A stretch of 64,000 bases of DNA. Source: a bacterium. Its GTDB lineage: Bacteria; Acidobacteriota; Blastocatellia; HR10. The translations under genes were made by a program, and so were the position numbers. The notes beneath the pieces were generated by a model. That model saw nothing but the letters and a program-made list of their open reading frames with translations. It had not been told where the DNA came from and ran no database searches. Position 1 is the stretch's first letter. Each line of letters starts with the position of its first letter. The stretch is taken from positions 32,001 to 96,000 of the forward strand of contig JBEPZV010000001.1 of NCBI GenBank assembly GCA_041640655.1. The letters are read 5' to 3'. Positions 30,142 to 40,087 of the stretch are shown here, piece by piece.

Positions 30142-30201
30142 GAGAGACAAGGCCGTCAATCGAAGGGTCGGGGTCGGGGAACGATTGAGGCCTTGTCTCT
30201 C
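30142..30201 (-). terminator. Long inverted repeat after the TonB-dependent receptor gene
   Basis: GAGAGACAAGGCC..TCAATCG / CGATTGAGGCCTTGTCTCTC, followed by TTTTC on the minus strand. Confidence 0.55.
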
Positions 30202-30221
30202 GCCTTATCTTCCACCCCCGC

Positions 30222-33200
30222 TCAGAAATTCACCTTGAATGCAAACTGAATGATGCGCGGGTCGAATGTTTGTGTAATCCGACCAAAGCTGGTGCTGTTG
30301 ATGTTATGGCTCTCGCCAACGAAGAAGTTAGGCACGTTGAAAATATTGAAGAACTCGGCCCGGAACTCCAGCTCCGTTTGCTCATTGAGCGGCGTGGCGA
30401 AGCGAGTGCGCTTCAGAAGCCCGAAATCGGCATTGAAGAACTGGGGCCCGCTCGCCTGCGTTAATCCCAACGTGCCTAACTGCCCGGCGTTCGGGTTCTG
30501 GAAGAGGTCCGTCTTGGCTCGCCCATCGGGACCGATCAAGCGGGGATCGAACAATAACTTCTCCCCGTTGGGCCCAGTGAACACGCCGGTGTTTTCGCTC
30601 AATTGGTTTCGGGTCAGTGAGGTGAGCACCGTGTTCTTATTCGAGCGGCCACCGCCAGTGCGATTGACCGTACCGCGCGCCGAGACGATCGAGATCGGGC
30701 GCCCGGACCGGCCCTGGACAATGCCGGTGATGGACCATCCGCCGAGCAGCTTGCCCGCCAAGCCGCCGGTGGCGCCCAACCAATGTCGTCCGGGCCCAAT
30801 CGGCAGGTCGTAGACGAAGTTGAAATTGAACACATGCGTCACATCGAACGACGCCCGTTTGAGCTCCAGCGCTCGACCACCTCGAATATCCAGAAACGCG
30901 GAGAAGTTCGTTTGACTGCCCTCGAAATCGGTCAGCACCTTGCTGAAGGTGTAGTTGAACTGCGCCCACAACCCCTGAGAGAAACGGCGGCGCACTTCTG
31001 CCTGCAAGCCATGATAGGTTGATCCCGAGCTGTTGGTCACCAGATCGGTGAACAGTGCGTTGGGGTTGGGCGAGAAGAAATCTCGGGTCAGTTGCGCTCC
31101 GAACTGCTCGCCGCCAAACCCCTTGAAGAACAGGTTCGCGTTGAGCAGGTAGATCGCGGCCAATTGACCGGCCTCGCCCTGAGCAATCAGATTGCGAATG
31201 GTCGCGTTACTGAGCAGGCCGCCCAGTCCGAGCCGGGGAAAGATCTGCAAGGGTTCGCCCCGCGCCGGATCACCGGTGGCAGCCAGGTTGCGCTGCGCCC
31301 GCAGCACATCCTCCACAAAGCCATTCTCCCGCACGATGACTTGATTGAAATCCAAGGCACGGGTCAACTTCACAGCGTGGTTGCCGACATACCGGATTTC
31401 CGCCACCGTATCGCGAGCGATCTCGCGCTGAATGCTCAGTGTCCACTGCTGGACATAAGGCACGCGCAGGTCATCATCAAGGGTGAACAGACCGTTGGCG
31501 AAGTCTAGCGATTGATTGTCCAGGAGCGTTCGCGGCACTTTGAAGGCTGGAGGGGGAACCGTGATGATCCCTCCACGGCCGACGCTGCCGCTCAGGTTGC
31601 GGAGCACAGCCGTTTGCTGCAACCCTTGATTGGAGTTGACCGCATTACTGACGGTGGTGAGGTTATTGTCCACGACATAGGAGAGGCTGTAGCCGGCGCG
31701 AATGGCCGTCTTGCCGGTGCCAAACGGGTCCCAGGAGAAACTGAAGCTGGGGGCGAAGTTGTTGTTGTCATTGCTGAAGAAAGCTCGGCCCACATCATCG
31801 CCCGCGAAATCGAAGACGGCGTTCGGATCGAAGACGACGCCCTGGTCTCGCCGCTTCGGCAAAAGCGCCAGACTATTGGCTTCCGTCGGCACGCCGTACC
31901 ATTCGTAGCGAATGCCGTAACTGAACGTCAGATTGGGCCGGACGCGCCAGGTGTCGCCGCCGTGGAAGGCAAAAATATTCTGCCGCAGTTGCCGGACGTT
32001 GGACGCGCCCGAGACGAAGCCCGACGTTCGGCTGGTCACGTTGAACGTTTGGCTCACGTCGTTGAGAAAGCCGCCGAGAATGGCCAGGATCGAGGAGGCG
32101 TTGTTGAAATCGTTGGTGGAAATGCCCCCCGGGAACGCGCTCCGACTGAGCGGATTGGGGTTGCCCGTTTGATTGAAGCCGAGCGTGAAGATCGGGATGA
32201 TCCCCGCGTCGTTGAACGAGTCCACATGCACGCGGCGCCACTGACCGCCGAAGCGGAAGCTGTGGTTGTCCTTGACCCAGGTGGCATTGTCAATCCACTC
32301 AAAAACCGGCGAGTTGCGCCCCTGATTGAGGAAATTTTGTACCGGGTCGGTGACCAGAGGGAAGTCCAAGCGGAAGCCGGAAGCAAACGGCTCCCGGTTG
32401 ATGAACGCGACCGGTGCCCGCTGGAAGCCCCAGCGAAACTCGTTATTCAACGTTGCCCGTGGTGTCCACCGCCAGGCGAAGGATCCCAGTTGGCGCAGCG
32501 ACCTCTGACCGCCGCCCGGCAAACCGGGGAAGGGCTCGCCAATGTCATTGAACGTGTCATTGGGAAACCGCGAATGAAACTGACTGAAGACCGCTTCGAA
32601 TTGATGGTTCGCCAGCGGGTGATAGTCCACCCGAAAGCCCCAGAGATCGTTATCATTGATGACACCGCTGTTGAAGCGAAAGCCGGCGAAGTTCAACCGG
32701 TCGCCGGTGGTGAAGTCGTTGGGCGTTGGGGTCAGGCCGATGAGTCGAGTCGTGACCGGATCAGGCGTCACGCCGCCCAATTGCAGCAGGTTGACCGTCT
32801 GGAGCTGCCCATTATCCTGCCGCCGGTAGGTGAACAGCCCTTGCCGTGCCGGTCCCGTCAGGACGGTGCGCAGGAGCGCGCTCGCACTTCGTTCCCGGAA
32901 TCCCCTGTAGTATCCGAAGAAGAAGAGTTTGTCGCGGAAAACCGGCCCGCTCGCGCTGACGCCGAACTCGTTGCGGATGAGCTTCTCCCGCGGCAATCCA
33001 ATGGCGTTGTTGAAGAAGGTGTTAGCATCCAGCGACGTGTTGCGGTGGAACCAGAAGGCGCTGCCGTGATACTCGTTGCCGCCTGACGGCGTCACCAGCT
33101 TCACCTGCGCCACGCCGAAGCCATCCACCGAACTCACGTTCTGGGTGGTGATGCTGAACTCGGCCACGTTTTCCACATTGGGCGCTGTGAGGCCAAAGAA

Positions 33201-33812
33201 GCCATCGGTGCGCACGAAGTTATCCTGAATATTGATCCCATCCTGCGTGATGTTGTTGAACGAGCCACGCAGTCCGTTGACGACCGAGGTGCGCACGCCG
33301 GCGTTGCCGGCCACGCCCGCCTGCAGTCCCGCTAGTTGCAGCGGATTGCGGCCATTGAGCGGCAGATCCAGAATTTGCCGCCGGGTGATGATCGTGTTCA
33401 GCTCGGCGCTGACGGTGTTGATCACCGTTTGACCCTCGCTGGCCGTCACCTCTACGCTTTCTGTGATCGCCCCCACCTCCAGCGTGAAATTCACCGTCGT
33501 GGGGATGCCGACGTCTACTTTCACATTCTCGACCGCTGTCTTCTTGAACCCCGAGGCTTCCGCTATCACGCGGTACAGCCCGCTGCGCACCTGCGGGAAG
33601 ACAAAGAGCCCTTGCTCGTTGGTCGTGGTGGTGATCGTTTCATTGGTCGTGACATTGGTCAGCGTAACCGTGGCTCCAAAGATGGCGGCGCCGGTCTGAT
33701 CCTTGACGCTACCATCGAGCCGCGAGGTGGTTGTTTGAGACATTGCGGCGCTACACAAAACCAGCGCCACGGGGAGTGCGAGGAACCCTGTTCTCCGGTT
33801 CATAAACCTCAT
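30222..33812 (-). CDS. TonB-dependent receptor (carboxypeptidase-regulatory N-domain, Oar-like)
   Basis: LPLNGRNPLQL, SGGNEYHGS, EFRAEFFNIFN, C-terminal PRIIQFAFKVNF. Confidence 0.9.
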   Translation of the reverse strand: MRFMNRRTGFLALPVALVLCSAAMSQTTTSRLDGSVKDQTGAAIFGATVTLTNVTTNETITTTTNEQGLFVFPQVRSGLYRVIAEASGFKKTAVENVKVDVGIPTTVNFTLEVGAITESVEVTASEGQTVINTVSAELNTIITRRQILDLPLNGRNPLQLAGLQAGVAGNAGVRTSVVNGLRGSFNNITQDGINIQDNFVRTDGFFGLTAPNVENVAEFSITTQNVSSVDGFGVAQVKLVTPSGGNEYHGSAFWFHRNTSLDANTFFNNAIGLPREKLIRNEFGVSASGPVFRDKLFFFGYYRGFRERSASALLRTVLTGPARQGLFTYRRQDNGQLQTVNLLQLGGVTPDPVTTRLIGLTPTPNDFTTGDRLNFAGFRFNSGVINDNDLWGFRVDYHPLANHQFEAVFSQFHSRFPNDTFNDIGEPFPGLPGGGQRSLRQLGSFAWRWTPRATLNNEFRWGFQRAPVAFINREPFASGFRLDFPLVTDPVQNFLNQGRNSPVFEWIDNATWVKDNHSFRFGGQWRRVHVDSFNDAGIIPIFTLGFNQTGNPNPLSRSAFPGGISTNDFNNASSILAILGGFLNDVSQTFNVTSRTSGFVSGASNVRQLRQNIFAFHGGDTWRVRPNLTFSYGIRYEWYGVPTEANSLALLPKRRDQGVVFDPNAVFDFAGDDVGRAFFSNDNNNFAPSFSFSWDPFGTGKTAIRAGYSLSYVVDNNLTTVSNAVNSNQGLQQTAVLRNLSGSVGRGGIITVPPPAFKVPRTLLDNQSLDFANGLFTLDDDLRVPYVQQWTLSIQREIARDTVAEIRYVGNHAVKLTRALDFNQVIVRENGFVEDVLRAQRNLAATGDPARGEPLQIFPRLGLGGLLSNATIRNLIAQGEAGQLAAIYLLNANLFFKGFGGEQFGAQLTRDFFSPNPNALFTDLVTNSSGSTYHGLQAEVRRRFSQGLWAQFNYTFSKVLTDFEGSQTNFSAFLDIRGGRALELKRASFDVTHVFNFNFVYDLPIGPGRHWLGATGGLAGKLLGGWSITGIVQGRSGRPISIVSARGTVNRTGGGRSNKNTVLTSLTRNQLSENTGVFTGPNGEKLLFDPRLIGPDGRAKTDLFQNPNAGQLGTLGLTQASGPQFFNADFGLLKRTRFATPLNEQTELEFRAEFFNIFNVPNFFVGESHNINSTSFGRITQTFDPRIIQFAFKVNF

Positions 33813-33963
33813 GATGGTGCATCTCCTCCCTCGGATGAGGGCCTTCAGGACCGGCACCCGTGCTTTCCAGCCTCGAGGCCCTCATCCGTGATTTAAGAAA
33901 CCAGCGCGAGGAAAGCAGCGGATATTCCTTTCCTCCCCGCCGGTTTAGTTGAACGGTTTCACA

Positions 33964-36900
33964 TCAGAACGAGACGCGCAGCCCAAACTGGATATTGCGC
34001 GGGATGCCCTGAGCGAAACTGCCCGAACCGATGCCGCGCCGCTGTCGCCGCGCTTGACCGTTGATATCGGTGGGAGCCCCGCCGAGTTCGCCCGAGATCG
34101 TCTCGAAGTTAGCGATGTTGAAGAGATTGAAGATTTCCACCATCGGCTCTACCGCGATGTGCTCGTCGTAGAAGGTGAACTTCTTGGCGATGCGCACGTC
34201 CGTCGTAATGAATGAATCGTTCATCGGATTGTTCGTCGGCGCCAACGCCAATGAGGGAACGACCGCCCCCAGACGCCTCAATTGATCCGCCGTGAACAAC
34301 CCCGCGTTGATCAGTTGTTGCGCCGCCGGCGTGAACTTCCCTGCCACTTGACTGTTGAACTGCGTGATGAGGCGGTTCAACTCTTCAATGCTCCCGACGT
34401 CGCGCCCGAACGAGCCGCGGTTCGTTCCGGGCAGGAATTGCACGCGCCGCCCATCTCCCTCTAGATCAATGGTGAAGATGTCGGTATTCCCGCCAAAGAC
34501 GGCCGGCAGCGTGAGCGATTCCGGAAAGGCCGTGGCCACGCGCCAGATGCTGGAGATCGTCCACCCGCGCGGAAAATCCAGGATGGAGTTGATCACCAGT
34601 TGATGCGTCCGATCGCCGGCCGAGATGGCTCCGGTCAGGATGCTCCTTGATCCCGCAGGTCCATTGGCAAAGAGAATGTTGTCGTTGTTGACCGGCCGAT
34701 TCAAGAAATCAATGTCGCCCGCTGTGGCCGTGTAGCGCGATAGCGCGTACGAGACGCCCAAGTACAGGTTCTTCACCACGGACGAGAGATTCGTCAGCCG
34801 CCCATCGAGCTTGAATTGCAGCGCATTGTATTTGGACTGCCCAGACGTCTGCGTCTCCCACACATTGGCGAAGGTGGGATCCACGCCCGGGAAAGCGCGG
34901 AAGAGCCCGAAATCGGCGATCGTCGCCCCGCGGGCGATCGCTTCATCAATGGTGTTCACCCCAAAGCGAGCAAGCGTCCGCCGAATCTGCGCCTCAGCCC
35001 GCACTCGATCAAATGTATCGGCAGCGAACCGCCGATTGGCATCGCGAGTCAGGTAGAAGTGAACACCTCGACTGCGCACATAATCAATCGAGAAGACCAG
35101 GCCCGGTCGGATCTCCCGCTGAACGCCGACGTTCAGGTGGAACGAGTAGGGTTGCGAATACCGGTTGGTGAAGAAGCCCACCGCGAAGCGATTGGTCAAA
35201 AACTGCGGATCGCCATTGGGATCGAATCGCACACCCGACCAGGCGGCTTGCAGCGCGTCGTGCAATCGTCGCAGCGTTCCAACCACTTCCCGCAGCGGCC
35301 GCCCCGCCAGCGAAGAATACTCCCCTGTCGGGAAGCCACCAATGTCAATCGGCCGCCCATCCGGCCCGACAAAGGGCGTGAAGAGGTCAAAGTCGATCTC
35401 CCCAATGCCCGCCGGGATCAGGTCGTTGCGCTCAAAGAGCGTGTTGTTCAGGATGTTGGTGTCATAGAAGATGCCCGCGCCCAGGCGAATCGCCGTCTTC
35501 CCGCCACCAATCGGATCCCACGCGATGCCAACCGTGGGGCCGAAGTTATTATCATCCTGACTCACCTTCAGTCCGGCGGGTCCAAAGAAGCGATCCAACC
35601 CGGCCTTCCGCCGCTGCTGATTGATGAACTCATCATCATTGACCTGGCCCGACTCCAGATCGTAGCGCACGCCATAGTTAATCGTGATATTCTTCCCCTC
35701 ACCGTAAGCCTTACGCCAGGTGTCGCCCACATACCAGGCGAACCTGAGGTTGTTCTTCCCCCCGAACGGTCGCCCATTGTTGGCGATTTCGGAGAAGAAC
35801 CCGAGGCCATTAGCGATGGTGGCATCGGCCAGCGGATACTCCAAAGGATCGAAGGGATCGCCGCCCCGAGCAATGACCTGCCGCCTCAGATCCTCATTGA
35901 ACTCACCAATGATGAGCGGCGCATTGCCGAAGAACGCGGCAAAGACGTTCATGCGAATCTGGTTGAACTCGACGCCGAACCGCAGTGTATGGTTGCCAAA
36001 GACATAGCTGCCATCCCCCTTGAACTGATCCGACGTCTGGAACGTCCGCTGCGGAGCCAGCAGATCAGGACCGATTTCCAGGTCGCCCACGCTGAGGAGG
36101 AGAGGTTTGCCGCCAACTTTGAAGAAATTGATGCCGGCCACTTCGCTGGCATCAATGTGATTGTCAAAGCTCGTGTGACCGTACCGTCCGGAAAAGGCCC
36201 ACCGACCGCGGGTTCCATCCACGCCCAGGGCTGTGACATTGGTGATGTTTTGGTTGCTGAAGGGCGATTGATTCCCGCCGCCGATGTCGGCGATCCCTTT
36301 ATTCCAGTTGTGGCTGAAGCGGGCGAACGCTCGAACGCTCGATGTGATATTCCAATCTACCCGCCCCAGGAACATGCGGTCATCGAACGGAGCTGCCGCC
36401 GGCCCGCGGAACTGCGGGAAGTCGAAACTCGACAGCGATCGCGTATCATCCTGATTGTTCCGCTCGTAGTTCAAGAAGAAGAAGGCCTTGTCCTTGACGA
36501 ACGGTCCACCGCCCCGGAAGCCAATCTGCTCGCGGTCAAATTCCGGACTCGGATTCTCGGGATCCCGGGTCGTTCCGGGGAAAGCCGCCACCTCTTCGTC
36601 GCGGAAGAAGAAGAAGCCGCTGCCATGAAACTCATTGGTCCCGCTGCGCGTCAGCACATTCACCGCTCCAGAAGACGTCAAGGTGGTGGAGGGATCGAAG
36701 GTGCTCCGGCTCAATTGAAATTCTTGCAGCGCATCCTGCGAGATATTCTGCGTCGTCGTCCCGACGACCTCATCGGTGATGTCAATGCCGTCCACCTGAA
36801 TGCGAGTCGTTCGACCCGAGCGCCCGCCGACGCCAATGCCGCTCAAGCCGTTCTTGGTGGGATCGAACCCGCCCGCGTCCACCACCTGAACGCCTGGCTC

Positions 36901-37392
36901 CAGTTGCGCCAGGTCCAGATAGTTGCGCCCATTGAGCGGCAGCTCATCAATCTGTCGGGACGTGATGGCACCTTCAATCGTCGACCGAACCGTGTTGACC
37001 TGAACGTCCTCCGCCTCAATGGTGACCACTTCAGTGGGTGTTCCGACTTCGAGTTTCAGGTCCCCGACCGCCGTCGTTCCCACGACGACCGTGACTTTGC
37101 GAACCCCGGTCTTAAATCCAGGCGCTTCCACCCTCACCTCGTACTCACCGGGTGGAAGGAACCGCACCGCATAAACACCACCCCGACCGGTCGTGGTGAT
37201 GAAGACGCGGCCGGTGGCTACCTGCCTCACAGTCACGGTCGCATCGGGGATAACCGCCCCCGTGGGATCGGTCACCGTCCCTTCAATGCTGCCGGCAGAC
37301 TCTTGGGCCCTCGAGGCCGCCGGCGCCGCCGCGATCAATATAAACGCCAGAGCTAGCAGCAGTGGTGTCCAGCTCCTCCTCTCTTTCCTCAT
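33964..37392 (-). CDS. TonB-dependent receptor (Oar-like)
   Basis: GTVTDPTGAVIP, LPLNGRNYLDLA, RSGTNEFHGS, PRNIQFGLRVSF. Confidence 0.9.
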   Translation of the reverse strand: MRKERRSWTPLLLALAFILIAAAPAASRAQESAGSIEGTVTDPTGAVIPDATVTVRQVATGRVFITTTGRGGVYAVRFLPPGEYEVRVEAPGFKTGVRKVTVVVGTTAVGDLKLEVGTPTEVVTIEAEDVQVNTVRSTIEGAITSRQIDELPLNGRNYLDLAQLEPGVQVVDAGGFDPTKNGLSGIGVGGRSGRTTRIQVDGIDITDEVVGTTTQNISQDALQEFQLSRSTFDPSTTLTSSGAVNVLTRSGTNEFHGSGFFFFRDEEVAAFPGTTRDPENPSPEFDREQIGFRGGGPFVKDKAFFFLNYERNNQDDTRSLSSFDFPQFRGPAAAPFDDRMFLGRVDWNITSSVRAFARFSHNWNKGIADIGGGNQSPFSNQNITNVTALGVDGTRGRWAFSGRYGHTSFDNHIDASEVAGINFFKVGGKPLLLSVGDLEIGPDLLAPQRTFQTSDQFKGDGSYVFGNHTLRFGVEFNQIRMNVFAAFFGNAPLIIGEFNEDLRRQVIARGGDPFDPLEYPLADATIANGLGFFSEIANNGRPFGGKNNLRFAWYVGDTWRKAYGEGKNITINYGVRYDLESGQVNDDEFINQQRRKAGLDRFFGPAGLKVSQDDNNFGPTVGIAWDPIGGGKTAIRLGAGIFYDTNILNNTLFERNDLIPAGIGEIDFDLFTPFVGPDGRPIDIGGFPTGEYSSLAGRPLREVVGTLRRLHDALQAAWSGVRFDPNGDPQFLTNRFAVGFFTNRYSQPYSFHLNVGVQREIRPGLVFSIDYVRSRGVHFYLTRDANRRFAADTFDRVRAEAQIRRTLARFGVNTIDEAIARGATIADFGLFRAFPGVDPTFANVWETQTSGQSKYNALQFKLDGRLTNLSSVVKNLYLGVSYALSRYTATAGDIDFLNRPVNNDNILFANGPAGSRSILTGAISAGDRTHQLVINSILDFPRGWTISSIWRVATAFPESLTLPAVFGGNTDIFTIDLEGDGRRVQFLPGTNRGSFGRDVGSIEELNRLITQFNSQVAGKFTPAAQQLINAGLFTADQLRRLGAVVPSLALAPTNNPMNDSFITTDVRIAKKFTFYDEHIAVEPMVEIFNLFNIANFETISGELGGAPTDINGQARRQRRGIGSGSFAQGIPRNIQFGLRVSF

Positions 37393-37681
37393 ATGTGCCG
37401 TCCTCCTTGTCGCTTTGTCGTCCCCCCCGCCTCAACCCCAGCAGCCGAGAAACGCAACTCCCATGCCGGTTGAATTCGCCGAAAATCCGACGCCTCGTGC
37501 CGAAATCGCGACATGGGTCGGTCTCCTTCTTCTCCATGGCTTTGCATCATATAGCGTGTGAAAGTAAGTCCTCTCACACTACACCATCCGGCAAAAATCC
37601 CCCGGAAAGGGATCCGAGAAATCCGAAGAACCTTCCAGGATTTCGGAAAGCAATGGGCTCGCGGCAATGGCTGATGGTTGA

Positions 37682-38725
37682 TCACTTGAATGATGCCCCC
37701 TTGATCCCATAGCGTTTGAGCTTTGTGTTGAGAGTGGTCCGTTTGAGACCGAGCAATTCGGCGGCTTTCGTTTGCCGGCCCTGAGATTGTCGCAGGGCCG
37801 CACACAAAAGCGACTTCTCCAATCGCTCCAGCTCCTCGCTCAGGTTGATCCCCGAGGCGGGCAGGGAGCTGTCGTCAACCTTCAAGGGATCGAGCAGGTG
37901 GGCGGGCAGCAGCGAGGGGTCGAGGCAAGGCGGTTTCGATCGTCGAACCATATCCTCGACGACCTTCTTTAGCTCACCGACATTGCCCGGCCAATCATAC
38001 CGGCGCAACCGGGCGAGCGTATCAGGTGAAATGTCCCTCGATTCCCTCCCCAACTGCTGACACGCCTCCTCAACGAAGTGTCGGCTCAGCGGCTCAATGT
38101 CGGCTTGCCTTTGACGCAATGGAGGAATAACCAAAATGTCACGGAGGGTCAGAGCCGTGCTTTCCAAGGCCCACGACATTCTCGAACTCGATGGTGAGGT
38201 CGGCGTAGAACCGAGGATCACCCGCACATCCGCCGTCTCCAGCAGACCGTCTCCCTGGCGACGAAACTCCTGATACCGAACCAATCGGGCAATCTCGGTC
38301 TTCAACAGAGGCGAGAGCATGGAGATCCCGCTGATATAGAGCGTCCCGCCCTTGGCCCTTTCGACCAGCCCTCTTTGCGTGCGATTGCCTCCGGACGGCA
38401 ACTCACGGATCGAACCGAACAACGCGGCTTCGATTGATTCTTCGGAGAGCGAATCGCAGGAGAGAGCGACGAAGGGCCCGTGACGGCGGGCGCTGCACTC
38501 ATGAATCAAGCGGGCCACGAACTCCTTCCCCGTTCCCGGCTCCCCTTCGATCAGGATCGGATGATCATGAGCGGCATGAGCCGCCACCGCCGCCCGCGCC
38601 TCGGTCGCCCATCGGCTGACTCCAATGAGACGCTCTTTAATCATTTGGGTCACATCGCCCTCATCACTGCGCCTGAGCACGGACTCGTAAGCGATGAGAC
38701 GACTCTCAACGACCTTCCCTGACAT
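37682..38725 (-). CDS. Sigma54-activator-like AAA+/Fis-HTH regulator with degenerate GAFTGA and Walker B
   Basis: GEPGTGKE, WPGNVGEL, AAELLGLKRTTL present; ELPSGG replaces GAFTGA, TLYISGI replaces TLFLDEI. Confidence 0.85.
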   Translation of the reverse strand: MSGKVVESRLIAYESVLRRSDEGDVTQMIKERLIGVSRWATEARAAVAAHAAHDHPILIEGEPGTGKEFVARLIHECSARRHGPFVALSCDSLSEESIEAALFGSIRELPSGGNRTQRGLVERAKGGTLYISGISMLSPLLKTEIARLVRYQEFRRQGDGLLETADVRVILGSTPTSPSSSRMSWALESTALTLRDILVIPPLRQRQADIEPLSRHFVEEACQQLGRESRDISPDTLARLRRYDWPGNVGELKKVVEDMVRRSKPPCLDPSLLPAHLLDPLKVDDSSLPASGINLSEELERLEKSLLCAALRQSQGRQTKAAELLGLKRTTLNTKLKRYGIKGASFK

Positions 38726-38818
38726 ACCGTTTTTCCTCCCTTCCTTCTGACGAGACCTCTCGAGCAATCAATGGAGATGGGACCGTGCTCCCCATCTCGC
38801 CTCGTCGGAGACCGATTT

Positions 38819-39454
38819 TTACACTCCGCCCCGGATCACTTCCTCTTCATTCGCAAAGAGAGACCCTCCGGGTTGGCCGCGCAGCGAGTGACCGGATGCA
38901 CTTGCCCCCAATAGCTCGCGCAATTTCATCCGGGCTTTATGCAATTGAGACTTGGTCGTCCCGACGGTGATACCTAAAAGGCGAGCGATCTCGTCGTGCT
39001 CGTATCCTTCGACATCGTGGAGCAGGAAGACCGCGCGATAACCGGGCGGGAGACGACGAATCGCTCGCTCCAAATCAATCCTGTCAAGGATGGAGCCATC
39101 CCGCCGTGGCCGCTTCATCGCCTCCGTTTGCGCGATCTCCTCACCCTCGTGGAGCTGTCCCTCTTGCTGTCGGCGATGGGTTCTCACATACATCAACACT
39201 CGGTTCACCGTCAGCCGATAGAGCCAGGTACTCAAGGCCGCTGCCCCTTTGAAGGTCCCGATCTTGCGATAGAGCTGCAGGAAGACCTCCTGGGTGAGGT
39301 CCTCGGCATCCGGCACATTGCCCAGCATCCGCAGGCACAGACTATAGACTTTCCGCCGATGGCGCCGGTACAGCTCCTCAAACGCGGACACATCCCCCGC
39401 CGCCGACGCCTGAGCCAACTCCACATCTGTGAGTGCGTCTGTACGTGATGTCAT
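38819..39454 (-). CDS. ECF RNA polymerase sigma factor
   Basis: [51 protein letters not shown]. Confidence 0.93.
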   Translation of the reverse strand: MTSRTDALTDVELAQASAAGDVSAFEELYRRHRRKVYSLCLRMLGNVPDAEDLTQEVFLQLYRKIGTFKGAAALSTWLYRLTVNRVLMYVRTHRRQQEGQLHEGEEIAQTEAMKRPRRDGSILDRIDLERAIRRLPPGYRAVFLLHDVEGYEHDEIARLLGITVGTTKSQLHKARMKLRELLGASASGHSLRGQPGGSLFANEEEVIRGGV

Positions 39455-39600
39455 ACTCGGTTCTTTGCCTCCCTCCTGTCCGTCTTGCTCCTCAAGCGGC
39501 CCCAGACGTTCACCAGGAAGCGGCTAATGAGCAGCAGCCCGAGGCTCGCCTGGAAGAAGAAGAAGACGAAGAACAGGAGAATGAGGTCCCTGATCTCCAT
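39451..39600 (-). CDS. 49-aa single-TM protein coupled to the ECF sigma gene
   Basis: [25 protein letters not shown]...; ATGA overlap with the sigma start. Confidence 0.45.
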   Translation of the reverse strand: MEIRDLILLFFVFFFFQASLGLLLISRFLVNVWGRLRSKTDRREAKNRV

Positions 39601-39699
39601 AACCTCTCGCTCCTCATGTTGAACTCCGACGAGCAGTGGATGAAGTCCAGTCTCCTGGCCCATTGCGCCAACCGGCGAAGAGTGGCCGCCGGCAGGCAT

Positions 39700-39975
39700 T
39701 CATGGGCGCACAGCATCGCGCCTGTGAGCGTCATCTTGGCCATCGTTCACCGCAGATCGGGCACTCCAACCGATCTCAAGATCGGCCGGAGACTCCTGTG
39801 GCTGAGATCGAATTAACCACTCGGCGTCAAATTCATGGCCGCACTGTCGGCACCGGACTGTGGGAAGGCATTCCGCATAGCCCAGGTCACAGCGAAGTCT
39901 GAGGTCGAAATTCCGCGTCGAGCAAAGGGGACATCCAAGCGTGGCCAACACTCGTTCGATGTCTTCGAGCTTCAT
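39700..39975 (-). CDS. Small Cys-rich zinc-ribbon-like protein
   Basis: CPLC...C-x6-C...CRQC; GGAGGAG RBS. Confidence 0.65.
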   Translation of the reverse strand: MKLEDIERVLATLGCPLCSTRNFDLRLRCDLGYAECLPTVRCRQCGHEFDAEWLIRSQPQESPADLEIGWSARSAVNDGQDDAHRRDAVRP

Positions 39976-39998
39976 ATTGGCTTTCTCCTCCACCGGCC

Positions 39999-40041
39999 AC
40001 TATACGCGATGCCGAGGAGAGAGAATATGAACGATGTCACA
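39999..40041 (-). promoter_or_regulatory. Crp-type site and -10
   Basis: Minus strand TGTGA-CATCGT-TCATA; TATAGT 22 nt later. Confidence 0.55.
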
Positions 40042-40087
40042 ATCCTCAAACTCCAACCTCAAAACTCCCATGAAGGCGTTTTCAGAT

